From Octopus bimaculoides (Eukaryota), in NCBI RefSeq assembly GCF_001194135.2, contig NC_068983.1, forward strand, positions 160,033,213-160,097,212: DNA of 64,000 bases, given 5' to 3'. Each line of letters starts with the position of its first letter. The first letter of the stretch is position 1. The notes beneath the pieces were generated by a model. It searched no databases and was not told where the DNA came from. It saw nothing but the letters and a program-made list of their open reading frames with translations. This document shows positions 62,400-64,000 of the stretch, one piece after another. The translations under genes were made by a program, and so were the position numbers.

Positions 62400-62570
62400 T
62401 CATCATCATCATTTAATGTCTGCCTTCCATGCTGGCATGGGTTAGGTGGTTAACAGGCAAGCCACAGGACTGCACCAAGTTCAACTGTCTGCTTTGGTAT
62501 GGTTTTTACAGCTGGATGCCCTTGCTAACACCAACCACTTTACAGAGTAGACTGGATGCTTTTAACATGG
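62400..62570 (-). mobile_element. SINE/RTE-tail fragment with (GAT)n tail
   Basis: ATCATCATCATTTAATGTCTGCCTTCCATGCTGGCATGGG...GCTGGATGCCCTTGCTAACACCAACC, recalled as a common interspersed repeat. Confidence 0.55.
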
Positions 62571-63370
62571 TATGTATGTATGTATGCATGTATATGTATT
62601 TAATTTGCTTTCAGAATTATTACTCATTTGACTTTCATTCTTCATATCTGTTACTTGTATGCTTCAGGAATGCTCAGACTGTTTAGCCATGTTGCTTGAT
62701 TTTTTTTACTGTGTTCTCTTTACAGAAGATCTGACTGAGTTGACACCTCATGCTGTTTAACACATGCCACATGATCACAGCAGATGAGGAAATATCTCAC
62801 AGGGATGGGGACTGACTGAGACTGTACTCAATGTGCTGCCCAGGAGATCCTGAAAATATATCAACAAATGGCGCATGCCTTCACGTCTGACCCAGTTTGG
62901 CTTTCATTATTCATACTTGTTGTTCCTTATACTTTGAAACTGTTGTCTAATTCTTATATTATACAGTTCCATGTTAGTTTGTGTTTTTTACCACATGTTC
63001 TACTACCCTGGAGATCTTTTTACTGCATCAGAAACGAGTATTTCCATTCATTTCACTGATTTTCTACTACAATCCATTTCAAATGGTGATCAAGCTGAAG
63101 CTGTGTTGTGCTTCAAGAGTAGTTTCATTTAACTGCATTTGTTGAAGCTTAGTAATGAAGTTAGTTGTGAGAGTAGTTTGCAAAAACAGGACCTATCCCA
63201 GTGCTAAGCAGGTATTTTCAAGTGTGTTTTCTTAGTTGTTTTACTCAGATCAATCTTTATATAATGTACAATGATGTTGCAGGCCTCAATAACCTAACAT
63301 TTTGTTAATCATTTATCAAAGATTTTGTTCTTTAATGCTTTGGATGAAGTAAGTTGGAATGGGTTGCATT

Positions 63371-63408
<38 letters not shown>

Positions 63409-63955
63409 AAATCATACACTAGATTTATCTGTCTATATATATAGATAGATAAATATATACACTATATACATACACACATGCACACATATGATTACATGCT
63501 ATTTTTATAATATAATGTGTGCATTGTGTGTGTGTGTGTGTGGGGGTGTGTGTGTGTGTGTGTGTGTGTGAAAATATATAATAAAATATCTTCATATCTG
63601 AAAATATTTGTAATGTTTTGACATAAAACTGCCTACCCAACAAAACCTCTGTCTATATACACACCTAAAACCTGATGTAAACATAAAAACCTACAATACT
63701 AATAGACAAAAATCATAGCTACTCACAAGTTATATTCATATATGTATACAGAAGCTATTTTGTTCTTTTTTACTTTTTTGCTTACCAAATTTATTTTCTT
63801 TAAAATTTTCTTCATAATTTTTACTTCACTCTTTCTTCCAAGATTCATAAAACACTCTACACTTATTCTTGTCAAGTTTTGGCTTTTTCTGGAATTTAAA
63901 AGAAAATTCTGCATTTCCCATGCATTCTGAAATGTACTTGAAATCTCTCTTCATG

Positions 63956-63991
<36 letters not shown>

Positions 63992-64000
63992 TATATATAT

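Noticed and set aside
684-63930. Long ORFs in the supplied track (e.g. 9715-10539, 23223-24439, 36467-37173, 43110-43957) and poly-YI/CV/HT/I/L/M ORFs
   Set aside because: They are read-throughs of N gaps and di-, tri- or tetranucleotide microsatellites, not genes.
1-64000. CRISPR arrays, operons, prophage, rRNA and snRNA genes
   Set aside because: No repeat-spacer arrays, no gene-dense coding regions and no recognisable rRNA/U-snRNA/7SL sequence. The window is eukaryotic non-coding DNA.

Overview
This is AT-rich, repeat-dense animal genomic DNA from a gapped short-read-style assembly (8 N-runs). It is not prokaryotic. The SINE families, the (TA/CA/TACA/ATT)n load and the LINE/mariner content match my recollection of octopus (coleoid cephalopod) genomes; this assignment comes from recall, not a database search. 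I cannot support any intact protein-coding gene, rRNA, true tRNA or CRISPR array. Almost every long ORF in the track comes from microsatellites, N gaps or decayed transposons. Recognisable content: decayed R4/Dong-type, RTE-type, I/Jockey-like and Penelope retroelement fragments; two mariner transposase remnants and a mariner MITE; at least four tRNA-derived SINE families; a Merlin-like MITE (37-bp TIR, 8-bp TSD, internal (TTAGGG)4); a Helentron/DINE-like end; and a degenerate Penelope-type hammerhead ribozyme. The most interesting observations are: (1) an ORF1-only (CCHC zinc-knuckle) non-LTR element with no endonuclease/RT, whose 3' end shares a covarying stem-loop and terminal motif with two SINE tails, suggesting one trans-mobilisation system; (2) a stack of (AAT)n-embedded elements at 54.8-56.9 kb, including a tandem pair of a non-tRNA, non-coding ~0.55 kb retroposon next to Dong fragments; (3) two long isolated hairpins (25.9 and 62.2 kb); and (4) CpG decay starting near 55 kb that suggests a methylated gene body, with a candidate promoter and splice donor at ~53.1 kb.
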